In this document: in pieces, positions 17,900-27,062 of the stretch | How the letters are laid out: the number at the start of each line of letters is the position of its first letter | How positions within the stretch are numbered: position 1 is the first letter of the stretch | Origin: a virus | Taxonomy: Duplodnaviria > Caudoviricetes | Direction: 5' to 3' (one strand) | DNA length: 64,000 bases | IMG/VR virus record: IMGVR_UViG_3300044904_000088 | Coordinates: 519-64,518 of that record | Notes under the pieces: generated by a model | Databases searched by the model: none | What the model was told of the DNA's origin: nothing | What the model saw: the letters and a program-made list of their open reading frames with translations, nothing else | Translations under genes and position numbers: made by a program

Positions 17900-19774
17900 C
17901 TAGGTGGGCGCCTTCAGGCGACGGCGTACCGTTTCGCGAGAGACTCCAAGAGCGCCGGCCACGGACTCGTATCCGGCCGGCCGGCCGGCCGTCAGCAGCT
18001 TGGATCGGGCCGCCAGGACCTGCTCTCGACTAACAATCGGGCTCACGGTGATCCGTTCGGGTGTCTGGACCGACTCGAACAAGCTCGGGAAAGCCCGCAC
18101 GATCGGATGTGCCGCGCTGAACGTGTCGCCCGCCTCGATCACCTCGCCGTCCCATTGACCCAAGACGACGGAGGCTTTTGCGTCCGCCGGACCGCTGCCC
18201 GCCGTGAATGTCGTCACGGCGCGCACGCTGGTAGAGCGATAGCTGCTGACCAGGCAGGGGCCGCCCGACGTCGGGCTCCGAAGATTGATCGCGGTGATGC
18301 CCATCGAATGTAGCCGACCCCAGTCGCCGGCAACCAGAGCCTCGATCGCAGCGGCATCGGTCGCGGATGCGGCCACGTAGCCGACACGCAGGAGAGAGCC
18401 GATCTCAGCCGCTGGCTGCCGCGGTGCGCCCAGGCCGGTCGGCATGATGTCCGCGCTGCCCGCCGGCGCGGTGAGCGATGGCTGCAACTGGACGGAGGTC
18501 AGACCCGTGTCCACGAGCCGGCCCCAATCCCCGTCTGCCGTGACGGCGTCGACGACACTGGCCTTCACCCAGCCGTTGTTGACGAGGGTCGCGATCTGGG
18601 CGGCCTCGGCGGAACGGATGTCCGCGCGGTCCTTCGCGTCGCCGCGCAGGAAGGCGATGTCGCGGTCGTCATACCAGAGACGCGTGCCCGGGCGGATCGG
18701 GATCAGCGTCTGCATCGAGCCGGAGAAGTTGCGCCAGAGCGGGCGGAGCGTGGCGTCGCCGACGAGGCGGGCGGCGCTCTGGAAGTTACCGGCGTTCAGA
18801 GACGAACCACTCAGCCCCTCGGACAGCGCGGCCACCACGGGGTGCATGCCGGTGAGGGAGGCGATGCGCGTCTCGACCTTGCCCTGCATCTCGGAGAAGG
18901 TCATCTGCTCGAAGTTGAGACCCACGGATACCGGCTCGGCCCCGCCGCCGAAGTAGATCGTCCGGTAGGCGTTCATGGCGCCGCGATGGTCCGCCTCGAA
19001 CAGTTCGATCCACTCCTCGGCCTTCTCGCGGTTGAGGGTCGGGGGCAGCTTCAAAGCCAGGTTGGGGGTGGCAGCATTCTCGAAGAAGCTGAGCTTGTGG
19101 CTGGTGGCTGCAGTGTCCGCCATGATCTCGCGCAGCGCGGAGGTGATCAGGCTGATGCCCCGGTTGCGCGCGAGCGGATCCCGGTGAGGGGCGAAGTGGC
19201 AGATCTCGTTCGGCATGAAGGTCTGGACCGTCTCGCCCGAAGAGAGGCCGCCCGGGTGGTAGCCATAGCCGATGACCTCGGCGTCCGGATCCCAGCCGCC
19301 GAGTTCGGACGCCCGCCCCTTCGTGCCGTAGACGATGGTGACCCAGTCTGGGCGCAGGCGGCGGATCGCGGTGGGCCGCCCCAAGTTGAACGAGTTGCCA
19401 GCCAGGTCCGCATCGATGATCGCCGTGGTCAGGAGGTCGCCCGTCACTTTGCCGTTCTCGGGGTTCTCAAGCACGGCAAGGTCTTGTGTCCCAAAGAGGT
19501 TGCCTGGCCGGCCGCCGCGCAGCTGCTGGAATTGGAAACGGGCCTCGGAGAAGAGGCGAGCGCGGATCGCCAGGCAGGAGAACACAACGGAGTTCCGCAT
19601 GTAGGTGCCAGCGACGTAGCCGATGAAGGTCGGCTGGATCTGTTCGCGGTCGCCGGTCATCGTCGTGTTGAGCAGGAATTGCATGTTGTCCGGACTGAAC
19701 CAGGACACCCACTCCTCGAACGAAAGCGAGGCCTGCCGCCGGCCGGACATCAGGGAACGGATCAGGGCAGGCAT
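17900..19774 (-). CDS. Portal protein (HK97 family) with C-terminal extension ending in an HTH
   Basis: NSVVFSC, L.GNSF, LRPDWV, EICHF..RGIS, FFENAATP and IASLTGMHP motifs; C-terminus YESVAGALGVSRETVRRRL. Confidence 0.9.
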   Translation of the reverse strand: MPALIRSLMSGRRQASLSFEEWVSWFSPDNMQFLLNTTMTGDREQIQPTFIGYVAGTYMRNSVVFSCLAIRARLFSEARFQFQQLRGGRPGNLFGTQDLAVLENPENGKVTGDLLTTAIIDADLAGNSFNLGRPTAIRRLRPDWVTIVYGTKGRASELGGWDPDAEVIGYGYHPGGLSSGETVQTFMPNEICHFAPHRDPLARNRGISLITSALREIMADTAATSHKLSFFENAATPNLALKLPPTLNREKAEEWIELFEADHRGAMNAYRTIYFGGGAEPVSVGLNFEQMTFSEMQGKVETRIASLTGMHPVVAALSEGLSGSSLNAGNFQSAARLVGDATLRPLWRNFSGSMQTLIPIRPGTRLWYDDRDIAFLRGDAKDRADIRSAEAAQIATLVNNGWVKASVVDAVTADGDWGRLVDTGLTSVQLQPSLTAPAGSADIMPTGLGAPRQPAAEIGSLLRVGYVAASATDAAAIEALVAGDWGRLHSMGITAINLRSPTSGGPCLVSSYRSTSVRAVTTFTAGSGPADAKASVVLGQWDGEVIEAGDTFSAAHPIVRAFPSLFESVQTPERITVSPIVSREQVLAARSKLLTAGRPAGYESVAGALGVSRETVRRRLKAPT

Positions 19775-19777
19775 GGC

Positions 19778-19978
19778 CTACTTCCTCCGCTGCGCAGTGA
19801 GGTGGCCTGCCCCTGGGGCGAGCAGCGCGTCGAAGTCCAGGAGCAGTGTGCCGAACAGCAAGAGGCCGGCGCAGATCAAGCCCCAGGGCAGGTAGACCAA
19901 GGCGACGCCGACGGTCACGAGCAGGCCGCTGGCGACGACCAGGGCCAGCGCGAGCAGGGTGCGCCGACGTTGGATCAT
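19778..19978 (-). CDS. Small two-TM membrane protein between terL and portal
   Basis: Hydrophobic LALVVASGLLVTVGVALVYLPWGLICAGLLL; a common position in HK97-like phages. Confidence 0.6.
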   Translation of the reverse strand: MIQRRRTLLALALVVASGLLVTVGVALVYLPWGLICAGLLLFGTLLLDFDALLAPGAGHLTAQRRK

Positions 19979-21810
19979 CGCCGGCTCCCGATTACGAAGG
20001 GCTCGACCACCTCGTCGCCGGCGTGCGCCATCAAGCGGGCGATGGCCATATCCAGGGCGACCATGCCGTCGATCTTTTCGGACGACCGGGCCTTCGACGG
20101 TTTCTGGTTGCCAGCGGCATCCGTCTCGGTTTCGACGTTGCCAGCCATCCACCGCAAGATCGGGTGGCCGCCGTGGCGCACCTTGTGCTCGAGGACTAGC
20201 CGTTCGAATTCATGCCAGCCGGGCGCAAGGCCAGTCCAGGTCTGCGAGATCTTGAAGATGGAGGCGCCATCCTGCGGCAGTTCGGCCTCGAGGTTGCCCA
20301 TGCCCCAGCTGTCGTATCCCAGGTCCACGAGTTCGTAGACGGCCGCCAGCTTGTTGATCTCGGCGCGGATGAACTCGTGGTCGGTCACGTTCCCGGGCGT
20401 GGCGATCAGGTAGCCGTCGCGGATCCAGTCGTCGTAGGGCACGCCGTCGCGCCTTGAGCGTTCGACCGTTCCCTCCTCTGGGCACCAGAAACGGCAGAGG
20501 ACATCGACGGTCCCCTCCGGCCCTCGGCCGACCGCCACGAGCGCCGTCAGGTCCTGCAGGGAGGCGAGGTCCAGCCCTGCGTAAATGAGAGTCCGTTCGG
20601 GCAGGACCCTCGCCGTCCATTCCTCGTATGTCTCGGGGTTGCCGTCGGCATCGGTCACCAGACCAGCGCACTTGTCCCACTCGTCAATGTCGATCGCTCG
20701 CGTCGACTGCTGCGTCGGGACGTTCATGTGGAAGCGCAGATAGGCCTGCAGCGCGCCAGGCGATCGCTTCGCCTTGGCTGCCCGCTCGCGCAGGAAATCG
20801 AGCCCTACCGAGACACCGAGGTTCGGGTTGGCCTTGATCCAGACCGCCTCGTCGAATGGATCGTCGCCCTCGTCGAGCGTGTAGACGATGGCGAACATCG
20901 AGTCGTCGGTCGCGCGGCCCTCCAGCACGGCGATGGCGTCGGACCGCTCCTCCCACCAGACGCCCTCGCGCTTGACGCCGGCCGTCGTGATCTTCCAGAC
21001 CATCGGCTGGCGCCGGGTCGAGCCCGCCTTCTCGATGTTGTCTAGGAGGTCGCGGCTGTCGTGGACGTGGAGTTCGTCGATGATCGCGCCGTTCGGGCGG
21101 ATGCCCTGGTCGGAATCGGAGTCCCGCCCCAGTGGCTGGAAGAAGCTCGCCGAACTGATCTGCGAGAGGCTGTCGGCATTGATCTGGATCCGTTTCCGGA
21201 GGCTGGCGCTCTTGAGAACCATCTGCATCGCAGCGGTCCAGGGGATCTTGGCCTGCTGGTGCTTGGTGGCCGCCGAATAGACCTCGCCACCGGGCTCGCC
21301 GTCGAAGAAGGCCAGGCGCAGGCCGGCGCCGCCGGCAATCGTCGATTTCCCATTCCCCGAGCCGACCTCGAGATAGACGGTCCGGAAGCGCCGGGAGCCA
21401 TCGGCGCGCTTCCAGCCAAAGGCCGAGCCGACGACGAACTTCTCCCAGCCCTCGAGCACGATCAGATCGTCCCGGCCCTTGTAGTGGTGGAGCAGGTGGT
21501 AGAACCCGATCGAATGCTGTGCCTGCTTCGCTTCCCACCGCAGTCCGCGTTCTCCTCCGGTCGCGAGGTCGGACAAATGGCGCTCGCAGGCTTTGCGGAC
21601 ATAGCGGCAGGCCACGATCCGGGCGGCCACCACATCGAGTGCGTACTGCGTCACCGGGTCGGTCGGTGGAGGCGGGACCATCTTGTGGAGGGCGCGCGGG
21701 GCGAGGCTGGTGATCTTCGCCCGCGGAGTTGCCGCGACGTCGACGAGGCGCCCCTGGCCAGCGCGGCCATAGGCGTCCCCCGCGACGATTGGAGTGTGGC
21801 TGGTCGTCAT
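19975..21810 (-). CDS. terL: Terminase large subunit
   Basis: GSRRFR..Y.EVGSGNGKST (Walker A), IIDELH (Walker B), ITTAG, KANPNLG, GLDLAS..DLTA and KIDGMVA. Confidence 0.95.
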   Translation of the reverse strand: MTTSHTPIVAGDAYGRAGQGRLVDVAATPRAKITSLAPRALHKMVPPPPTDPVTQYALDVVAARIVACRYVRKACERHLSDLATGGERGLRWEAKQAQHSIGFYHLLHHYKGRDDLIVLEGWEKFVVGSAFGWKRADGSRRFRTVYLEVGSGNGKSTIAGGAGLRLAFFDGEPGGEVYSAATKHQQAKIPWTAAMQMVLKSASLRKRIQINADSLSQISSASFFQPLGRDSDSDQGIRPNGAIIDELHVHDSRDLLDNIEKAGSTRRQPMVWKITTAGVKREGVWWEERSDAIAVLEGRATDDSMFAIVYTLDEGDDPFDEAVWIKANPNLGVSVGLDFLRERAAKAKRSPGALQAYLRFHMNVPTQQSTRAIDIDEWDKCAGLVTDADGNPETYEEWTARVLPERTLIYAGLDLASLQDLTALVAVGRGPEGTVDVLCRFWCPEEGTVERSRRDGVPYDDWIRDGYLIATPGNVTDHEFIRAEINKLAAVYELVDLGYDSWGMGNLEAELPQDGASIFKISQTWTGLAPGWHEFERLVLEHKVRHGGHPILRWMAGNVETETDAAGNQKPSKARSSEKIDGMVALDMAIARLMAHAGDEVVEPFVIGSRR

Positions 21811-22280
21811 CCGAGTTCGTCCAGCCAGTCCTGGGTCGCGTCGCCGGAGCCCGTCGCGGGCATCGTCAGGCCCTCGCGCGCGGCCGGCGAGAAGCCGAGT
21901 TCGCGGGCCAAGGCGCGCAGCAAAAGAGCGTCAGCGCGGACCAGCGAGTGGAGGGGGTTCTTGACGAGTTCGCCGTGCCGGGCCCCGCGGATGAGGGGGC
22001 CGCTGTTCGCCAGCGAAAGCGACTCCTGAGCGTGCCGGGCCTCGGTCTCGCAATAGGCCCGGAACAGGCCGCCCCCGTCGACGCGCGTCAGGATCCCGGT
22101 CTGGCCGAAGTCCCGCATAATCTTTCGCCAGACGCGTTTCCCGGCGTCGCTCATGTCTGCCGGCATGACCGGGCGGTTGGACCGCGGCTTCGGAGCCGCG
22201 CGGTTCAAACGCGACTCGCGCTTCTCGCCGTGGAGGAGCTTGAGGCCCGTCGGCATCTTGGGGGGACCGCTCCTACCCAT
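21807..22280 (-). CDS. terS: Terminase small subunit, P27 family
   Basis: GPPKMPT.LK.LHG, YC, KNP and ELGFSPAAR motifs. Confidence 0.9.
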   Translation of the reverse strand: MGRSGPPKMPTGLKLLHGEKRESRLNRAAPKPRSNRPVMPADMSDAGKRVWRKIMRDFGQTGILTRVDGGGLFRAYCETEARHAQESLSLANSGPLIRGARHGELVKNPLHSLVRADALLLRALARELGFSPAAREGLTMPATGSGDATQDWLDELG

Positions 22281-23181
22281 CGAGGTGCTCCGCCTTCCGG
22301 CCGGTGAAGTTCTGCCAGCGGTCGATGGTTACCTGGGCGTAGCGGGGCTCCAGTTCCAGGGCGAAGCAACGGCGGCGCAAACGCTCTGCGGCGATGATCG
22401 TCGTGCCGGAGCCAACGAAGGGGTCATAGACGTCGCCGGTGTGGTTGGCGATGGGGATCTCGAAGAGGACGACCGGCTTTTGCGCGGGGTGGTCGTACTT
22501 CTCCTCGGTCGAGCCGCCCATGATCATCTTGGGGGAGGGTGCCCGCCAGATCGTGCTCTGGGTGTGGTCGGACCCGACGAAGAGGTTAGGCACGCCCGGA
22601 CGTCTCACCGCCCAGCAGGGTTCGTGGCCCCAGTGATACCAGGACCGGCCCATGGCGAAGAGGCCCTTGTCCCAGATGATCTGGGAAACGATCTCGAAGC
22701 CGATCCGCTCGAGGCCGACGGCCACGTCTGCCGCGTGGACGCCGGCGTGCCAGACGTAGCCAACCTGGAGACTCGGGACCAGGGCGAACGCCTCCGACCA
22801 GTCCGCCCGCGTGTCACCGCTGAGCGTGGTGTTGCGATGGCCCTCCGTTCGCCTGTGGCTACCAGACGGCGCTTGAGTGGCGTCATCTGCCTCGGTCTGG
22901 CCATCGATCCGCATATACGGCTTCTCTGCCGGGCCCAGGGCGTTGTAGACACCGTCGCGCCAGGTCGGGTCGAGAGCCACGCCGTATGGCGGGTCGGTCG
23001 CGAGGAGGGTCGGCTCCGCGCCAGCTAGGAGGCGCGCCACATCCTCGGGGTCGATGGCATCGCCCGCGCGCTGCGCCTTCGGATGCGTGCGCCAGTTGAG
23101 CGGATTGGCGAGGAGTTGCTCGGGCGCTTCCTCGCCCTGGCCGACGATCCGGTTGCGCCAGGGAGCGGCGGGGGCGGTCAT
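22273..23181 (-). CDS. DNA adenine/N4-cytosine methyltransferase (beta class) with vestigial ParB-like N-terminus
   Basis: TDPPYG, IIWDK, HPAQKPV and YDPFVGSGTT motifs; WRNRIVGQGEEAPEQLLANPLNWRTHP followed almost directly by GDA.D. Confidence 0.85.
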   Translation of the reverse strand: MTAPAAPWRNRIVGQGEEAPEQLLANPLNWRTHPKAQRAGDAIDPEDVARLLAGAEPTLLATDPPYGVALDPTWRDGVYNALGPAEKPYMRIDGQTEADDATQAPSGSHRRTEGHRNTTLSGDTRADWSEAFALVPSLQVGYVWHAGVHAADVAVGLERIGFEIVSQIIWDKGLFAMGRSWYHWGHEPCWAVRRPGVPNLFVGSDHTQSTIWRAPSPKMIMGGSTEEKYDHPAQKPVVLFEIPIANHTGDVYDPFVGSGTTIIAAERLRRRCFALELEPRYAQVTIDRWQNFTGRKAEHLDG

Positions 23182-23513
23182 GCCACGGCCTTCCGATCCC
23201 GGCGCAGGCCGATCCGATCGTGGCAGCGGTGATTGGCGGATCGACAGAGCCAGCGCTTGTTCGAGGCGATCTCGGGACCGCCGAGCCCGACCGGCACCCG
23301 GTGATCACGCTGGAGGCAGGAGAGGTCGGTGCAGCCGCAGGATTCGCAACGGGCGCCCGGGAGGGCCGCGCGGCGCTCGCGCTGATGTGCCGTTCCGTAC
23401 CCGCGCTCAGTCGTGTTTTGGCGATGCTCTTCGCAGCGGCCACGGCCACCCGGCACCGCCCGGTTGGGGCAGCGGGGTTCGAGGCAGGCTGGGGCCGGGG
23501 CGTAGGGCATCAC
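23178..23513 (-). CDS. HNH endonuclease (gp74-like, packaging-associated)
   Basis: CLEPRC..CEEH..RGYG; CESC..DHRVP..GG..N..LC..CH. Confidence 0.85.
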   Translation of the reverse strand: MMPYAPAPACLEPRCPNRAVPGGRGRCEEHRQNTTERGYGTAHQRERRAALPGARCESCGCTDLSCLQRDHRVPVGLGGPEIASNKRWLCRSANHRCHDRIGLRRDRKAVA

Positions 23514-23857
23514 TGCGGCTCCGCCGTCAAGACAATCGCGATGGGATCACCTAGGCTGGCCTGCATCCGACCGCCTATCTCCCAAGGCGAGCAGCCGATG
23601 CTGATGTCATATCGCAGACCGTTGGCCAGGATCACGATGGCGCGGTGCGAAAGAATCGGGAGACGGCAGCCTATGCGCATGAGCATCCAGCGCCATAGGG
23701 GACGCCAGCGCATCCGGACTTTGACATTGAAGGTGGCGGTCGTGCCGGACACGCGGAAGGCCGGGACGTCTCCCGGCTCATTCCGCCTAGCCGCCCGATT
23801 CGGCTCCGGTCCAGCGGCCCCATCGGGGCTCGGCCGCTGGCCGCCCAGCACGCTCAA
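23510..23857 (-). CDS. Hypothetical protein
   Basis: Fills the gap with coupled ends; no motif recognised. Confidence 0.4.
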   Translation of the reverse strand: MSVLGGQRPSPDGAAGPEPNRAARRNEPGDVPAFRVSGTTATFNVKVRMRWRPLWRWMLMRIGCRLPILSHRAIVILANGLRYDISIGCSPWEIGGRMQASLGDPIAIVLTAEPQ

Positions 23858-23867
23858 GGCAAGCCTT

Positions 23868-24071
23868 TCAGACGGCAGGTGGCGAGGGCGGCGTCGCGGC
23901 GGTGGTGATCGCGTTCACCGCCGCGTCGATCGTGGCGACCGTGGCGTCCAGGGTGTCGACCTGAGCCTGCGTGATCACGCCAGCGACCAGGGCGCCTACC
24001 GCCGTGTTGAGCGTGCCCACGTCGGTGCCGAGTTGAGCGAGGTCCGCCTGTAGCTTCGTGAGATCGGCCAT
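23868..24071 (-). CDS. Small coiled-coil protein (lysis region)
   Basis: MADLTKLQADLAQL.. heptad pattern. Confidence 0.55.
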   Translation of the reverse strand: MADLTKLQADLAQLGTDVGTLNTAVGALVAGVITQAQVDTLDATVATIDAAVNAITTAATPPSPPAV

Positions 24072-24133
24072 GACCTTTTCCCGTCCTTTCAGGACTTCCT
24101 CGAGTGGATGACGATGAAACCAGCGCGGCATGG

Positions 24134-24331
24134 CTACGGCTTACGGCCGAGCATCGTGCCTGTGACGGACTGATTGGCGAGCAGGCCGAGCGTGGCCAGG
24201 ACCAGCGCGACCACCGTGGCCACGACAGCGGCGGGGATGCTGTTTCCCATCCACGCCGCGCCCGCTACGACAGCGGCGGCGATGGCCTGGACGAGGTTCG
24301 TCCAGAGTTGAATGCTGCGGCCAAATAGCAC
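24134..24331 (-). CDS. Holin-like two-TM protein
   Basis: 65 aa, two hydrophobic helices, directly after the putative lysin; GGAAGG RBS. Confidence 0.7.
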   Translation of the reverse strand: MLFGRSIQLWTNLVQAIAAAVVAGAAWMGNSIPAAVVATVVALVLATLGLLANQSVTGTMLGRKP

Positions 24332-24346
24332 GGTGAACCTTCCTTC

Positions 24347-25405
24347 CTAGACGAGACGTACCTGGCCCTGATTGACGAGCAGGCCGTTCGGGTGGGCGAC
24401 TGTGTGACCGTAGACGCCGTCAGCCACTTCGAGATACGGGCCGCCGCGAGGGAACGGGGCCGAAGTGCCGGGAAACCCGGGCCAGGTGACATAGACGACT
24501 GCATCGGCATGAGCACTCGAGGCGAAAGGCCAGGGCGTCAGCCGACCGAACCGGCCGTCCGGATAGGCCGGGTCGAAGCCGACGAGAGTCGTGCCCTTCG
24601 AGATGAAGAACTGCCGCGGAGCCGGGAACGGCGTCCTGGCGATGACGGGGACTGGTGCCGGGTTGATCAGGTCGACTGCCTTCCAGGCTTCCCAGCCGAG
24701 GTTGTCCCACCAATCCCCGTGGACCCGGAAGTGATCTGGGTAATCGGGGTCGTGGCCGAACGTGCCCCACGTCTGGTGATGGATCGTGTCGAAGCCGCAG
24801 CGACATGTTGAGCAGGGGACCCAGCCGCAGCCCTCGAAGGCATGGCCGCCCTTGGTCGGCCCGGGATTCGGCATATAGCCCGCTGTATTCGTGTTCCACC
24901 AGTTGTTCGGCCAAGCGGCCGTGAACTGGCAGGGGCCGAGCTGCAGCAACGTCTGCTGATAGGCGTCCAGGAACACCGCGTTGCTACCCGGCTTGCCGAT
25001 CATCAGGTAGCTGGCGTCTTTGCGCGGTGCGCTGCCATCCTTCGTCGGCCAGCCGTGCGCCTTGGTGTACGACCACAGTTGGACCGGGTCCAGGCCCGGG
25101 TTCGCATCCTGCTTCGGATTTATGAGCGGCCAGGGCAGCCCCTTGACGAGGGCGTAGGCGTGCAGCGGGTCGATCACGTTCGGCAGGTCGCCGGGCTCCT
25201 GGTCGGCCTGGACGTAGGCACCGCTGTAAGCCACGCACGCGCCGAAACCGTCCTGGTCGATGGTGATGTGCTGGCACTTCGGGGAATGGAAAGAGGCAGG
25301 CGCGGGCACTGGCGCCTCTGCCAGGGCGAGCCCGATAGGCCACGCCTGAGCCAGGATCTCGGGCGGAGTCTGGAGAGCGCCGGTGGAACGTCGAATGTCT
25401 GTCAT
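24347..25405 (-). CDS. Papain-like (C1) cysteine peptidase, putative endolysin
   Basis: DQDGFGACVAYS (Gln/Cys), GGHAF (His) and QTWG (NSWG-like) motifs; adjacent to the holin. Confidence 0.7.
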   Translation of the reverse strand: MTDIRRSTGALQTPPEILAQAWPIGLALAEAPVPAPASFHSPKCQHITIDQDGFGACVAYSGAYVQADQEPGDLPNVIDPLHAYALVKGLPWPLINPKQDANPGLDPVQLWSYTKAHGWPTKDGSAPRKDASYLMIGKPGSNAVFLDAYQQTLLQLGPCQFTAAWPNNWWNTNTAGYMPNPGPTKGGHAFEGCGWVPCSTCRCGFDTIHHQTWGTFGHDPDYPDHFRVHGDWWDNLGWEAWKAVDLINPAPVPVIARTPFPAPRQFFISKGTTLVGFDPAYPDGRFGRLTPWPFASSAHADAVVYVTWPGFPGTSAPFPRGGPYLEVADGVYGHTVAHPNGLLVNQGQVRLV

Positions 25406-25623
25406 GGTTGCTCCGCGTCTGCCTCCCGCGCGATGATTTCGGTGCAGTTATCACAGGGGCGGCGATCGCCGAGCAGATCGACCCAGCGCCATTCCTCGTC
25501 AGGGTTCGCGGCCGGGATGCCGCAGACGGTCGTTGGCGACTGCTGGCGGACGGCGTGCCAGATGTCCTCACTGACCCTGATCGGTGGCGTCCCCAGGCAG
25601 CACCAGTCGTAGGGATCGATCAT
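25402..25623 (-). CDS. Small Cys/His protein
   Basis: WHAV..TVCG..CDNC zinc-finger-like; coupled ends. Confidence 0.5.
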   Translation of the reverse strand: MIDPYDWCCLGTPPIRVSEDIWHAVRQQSPTTVCGIPAANPDEEWRWVDLLGDRRPCDNCTEIIAREADAEQP

Positions 25624-25853
25624 GGCGGTGGCTCCTTCTCGTCATCCGGCTCGCATGTGTTGGCCTCGAGGTTGGCGCCGAAATCGCCCCGGAGGCGGTA
25701 TTTCTGGTCGCCGAAGCCGCCCTCCGGTGGCGTCAGTGCCTTGGCCATCCGGGCCCGCGCCTTGCGATTGTCGCGTTCGTCCAGCCAGACGGCGAGGCAC
25801 CAGAGGCCGAAGACGGCGGCGAAGACCACGAGGACGATCTGCCAGTCGGTCAT
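25620..25853 (-). CDS. Small membrane-anchored protein
   Basis: N-terminal TM segment. Confidence 0.5.
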   Translation of the reverse strand: MTDWQIVLVVFAAVFGLWCLAVWLDERDNRKARARMAKALTPPEGGFGDQKYRLRGDFGANLEANTCEPDDEKEPPP

Positions 25854-26182
25854 ATCACGCCCAGCCAGTGCAGCAGGCTCGCGCTGTTGTTGGCGATGAT
25901 CAGGAGAACGCTCACCAGCACGAGGATGGCCATCCCCCAGCGGAGAACCCGGAGGGTGGCTGCCATCGAACTCTCGAGCTTGTCCTGCCTGTTGCAAACC
26001 TCGTCGGCGACCTTCTTCGCATCGGTTGCCTGTTGCTTGGCCTCGTCGATCCGTCGCGCCATCTCGCGGCCGGCGTGGGTCGAGTCGGGATCCTCGTTCG
26101 CTCTTTCGAGACGCTGGACGGCCTGACTGATCTCCTCGAGCTTCGGCTTGAAGGTCTCCTCGAGCAGGGTCTCGATCCTCAC
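25850..26182 (-). CDS. Coiled-coil protein with C-terminal TM helix
   Basis: GGAGG then GTG at 26182; heptads followed by a hydrophobic tail. Confidence 0.55.
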   Translation of the reverse strand: MRIETLLEETFKPKLEEISQAVQRLERANEDPDSTHAGREMARRIDEAKQQATDAKKVADEVCNRQDKLESSMAATLRVLRWGMAILVLVSVLLIIANNSASLLHWLGVI

Positions 26183-26246
26183 GAGGCGACCTCCTACATC
26201 GGTGGGACGGGACAGGGACGGCGACGCGGCGCGGGCTGGCATCAGA

Positions 26247-26786
26247 TCAGTACCAGCCCTGCTGGAGCCAGGTCGCCCAGGCGTTGCAGGCCGAGCCGTA
26301 CCGCTCCTTCACGTACCAAGCCATCCAGTGGACCTGGGTCATCGGATCGGTCAGGTAGTCGTCCCCGAAGGCGGCCATCTTGCTGGCTGGCTTCGCTTGC
26401 GGGATGCCGTAGGCGCCCGAGCCTTTGCGGTTCCACACCAGCGGATCCCAACGGCTCTCGGCCTGGGCGATCGCGTCGAGACAGGCATATTGCCTCGCTC
26501 CGAGTGTCGCGCGGGCCCAGGCCTTCGCGTCGGCGACCGTCGGTTGCTCGAACGACCCGCCATAGGTCTGGACCACGGCGATAGGCGTCGGGGCTGGCGT
26601 GGATGTTGGAGCCAGGATCAGGAGATCCGGGAGCAGGGCGAGAGGTGCCACCGGGAGCAGGGAGGGCGCAGATGATACGGCCACCGGAGATGCAGAGGGC
26701 CGCGATGCCGGGGTAATCACCGGCGCGGCGGCCGCCATCCCAAACAACGCCGTCAATGCTGCCCCCGCCAGCCAGCGCCTCAACAT
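26247..26786 (-). CDS. Secreted lytic transglycosylase (SLT/lysozyme-like)
   Basis: Signal peptide; CL..I..AESRW.P..N..SGAYGIPQA..Q..W...Y...RYGSAC.AW. Confidence 0.85.
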   Translation of the reverse strand: MLRRWLAGAALTALFGMAAAAPVITPASRPSASPVAVSSAPSLLPVAPLALLPDLLILAPTSTPAPTPIAVVQTYGGSFEQPTVADAKAWARATLGARQYACLDAIAQAESRWDPLVWNRKGSGAYGIPQAKPASKMAAFGDDYLTDPMTQVHWMAWYVKERYGSACNAWATWLQQGWY

Positions 26787-26844
26787 GATCCGAGCCGGCT
26801 CGTGCGGCCAAAGAAGAAGCAGGCGAGTCGGTGCATGGGGCACC

Positions 26845-27042
26845 TCCGAGTTGGGGAAGCGCACCAGGCACGCCGTCACATGCGCCCGGGCGCCGCTCGA
26901 CCGGGGGAAGGCAAAGGGAACGGGGCGCCGGTGCTGTGAGGCCATCAGGCGCCCCGACGAAAAGTGAAAGGCCGTTCGCACCCGCGACCACACGGGCGAA
27001 ACCGCATGGGCTGTCAGACATCGCGGACGAATCGGCCTTCAC
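26845..27042 (-). promoter_or_regulatory. Highly structured leader upstream of the late (lysis/virion) genes
   Basis: Three consecutive hairpins: GTGAAGGCCG..CGGCCTTTCAC; CGGGGCGCC..GGCGCCCCG followed by TTCCCTTT; GCGCCCGGGCGC..GTGCCTGGTGC. Confidence 0.45.
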
Positions 27043-27062
27043 AGCTTTTGAGCGTAGCCGCG

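Noticed and set aside
18573-18590. Partial match of guide 1 (CGTTGTTGACGA) in the portal gene
   Set aside because: Only 12 contiguous nt and the rest mismatches; compatible with chance.
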